DNA from: Carcharhinus amblyrhynchos
Lineage: Eukaryota
Direction of reading: 5' to 3'
Assembly (NCBI GenBank): GCA_965287045.1
Contig: OZ336877.1
Span: 55,986,001-56,050,000, forward strand
DNA: 64,000 bases
Program-made: the position numbers and the translations under genes
The notes under the pieces: model-generated
The model's database searches: none
What the model was told of the DNA's origin: nothing
What the model saw: only the letters and a program-made list of their open reading frames with translations
In this document: in pieces, positions 62,782-64,000 of the stretch
Position numbering within the stretch: position 1 is the stretch's first letter
Layout of the letters: the number at the start of each line of letters is the position of its first letter

Positions 62782-64000
62782 CATAAGAACATAAGAAATA
62801 GGAGCAGGAGTAGGCCATCCAGCCCTTCGAGCCTGCCCCGCCATTCAATAAGATCATGGCTGATCTGTCGTGGCTCAGTTCCACTTTCCTGCCCTCTCCC
62901 CATAACCCTCAATCCCCTTGCCTATCAAAAACCTATCAACCCATGTCTTAAATATATTTAGTGAGGCAGCCTCCACCACTTCAACGGGCAGAGAATTCCA
63001 GAGATTCGCCACCCTTTGAGTGAAGAAGTTCCTCCTCAACTCCGTTCTAAACTGCACCCCCCCCCCCCCCCCCATCTTGAGGCTGTGCCCTCTAGTCCTA
63101 CTGTCCTTTGAGTGGGAAGAGCCTCTCCACCTCTATCCTATCCATCCCATTCATCATCTTATATGTCTCAGTGAGATCTCCCCTCAATCTTCTAAAGTCC
63201 AATGAGTACAAGCCTAGTTTATTCAGCCTCTCCTCATAGTTCAACCCCCTCACTCCGGTATCAGCCTAGTAAACCTCCTCTGCACTCCCTCCAAGGCCAA
63301 AATATCCTTGCGTAAGTGCGGTGACCAAAACTGCACACAGTACTCCAGCTGCGGCCTCACCAGTGCCCTATACGGTTGCAGCAAGACCTCCCTACTTTTA
63401 TATTCAATCCCCCTCGCTATGAAGGCTAGCATCCCATTTGCCTTCCTGACCACCTGCAGGCTGGGTTTTTGCGACTTATGCACAGGGACCCCGAGGTCCC
63501 TCTGCACCGTTGCATGCTGCAGCTTTTCGCCATTTGAGTAATAGTCCTTCCTACCATTATTCCTACCAAAGTGGACAACTTTACACTTGCCAACATTAAA
63601 TTCCATTTGCCAGTTCCTGGCCCATTCGCCCAGCCTATCTAGATCCTTCTGCAGGCTTTCCACACCCTCCGCACAATTTGCCGTTCCACCAATCTTGGTG
63701 TCATCAGCAAATTTCGACACCCTACACTCGGTTCCCTCCTCCAGATCATCTATATAAATGGTAAATAGCTGAGGCCCCAGCACCGATCCCTGGGGCACTC
63801 CACTAGTCACCAACCGCCAATCCGATTAGCACCCATTGACCCCCACTCTCTGCCTCCTATTTGACAGCCAATCCCCTATCCACGCTAACACCCTACCCCC
63901 AACTCCATGCCTCCTGACCTTCTGTAATAACCTCTTGTGCGGTACCTTATCAAACGCCTTCTGAAAATCAAGAAACACCACATCTACCGGCTCTCCTCTA
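62782..64000 (-). mobile_element. Young CR1 LINE running off the window end
   Basis: ORF 63250..63813 GVPQGSVLGP/KFADDTK; tail cataagaacataagaaatagg. Confidence 0.97.

Overview
Eukaryotic, repeat-rich vertebrate genomic DNA, almost certainly from a cartilaginous fish (shark): it carries HE1-type V-SINEs, SacSINE1-like DeuSINEs and CR1/HER1-type LINEs. The window holds the last five coding exons of TRAM1 on the + strand (2144-11032, joined in frame with GT-AG sites and ending in KVKSS*), its 3' UTR, and a ~31 kb intergenic stretch of LINE, SINE and PIF/Harbinger relics. A CpG-island promoter and non-coding first exon lie at ~43.4-44.9 kb. By TRAM1-NCOA2 synteny and a recalled 5'UTR word, this is most likely NCOA2 (inferred, no coding exon in the window), followed by ~20 kb of its first intron. 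Almost all long ORFs in the supplied track are retrotransposon fragments. I found no convincing novel multi-gene system. The best leads are a perfect palindromic estrogen response element ~0.7 kb upstream of the putative NCOA2 exon 1, a strong-Kozak uORF in that exon, a second promoter-like module with inverted ZNF143 sites, a cluster of two-gene Harbinger fossils, hammerhead-like cores in a Penelope-like repeat, and inverted-repeat pairs in introns. Family names come from recalled motifs, not database searches, and repeat boundaries are approximate.
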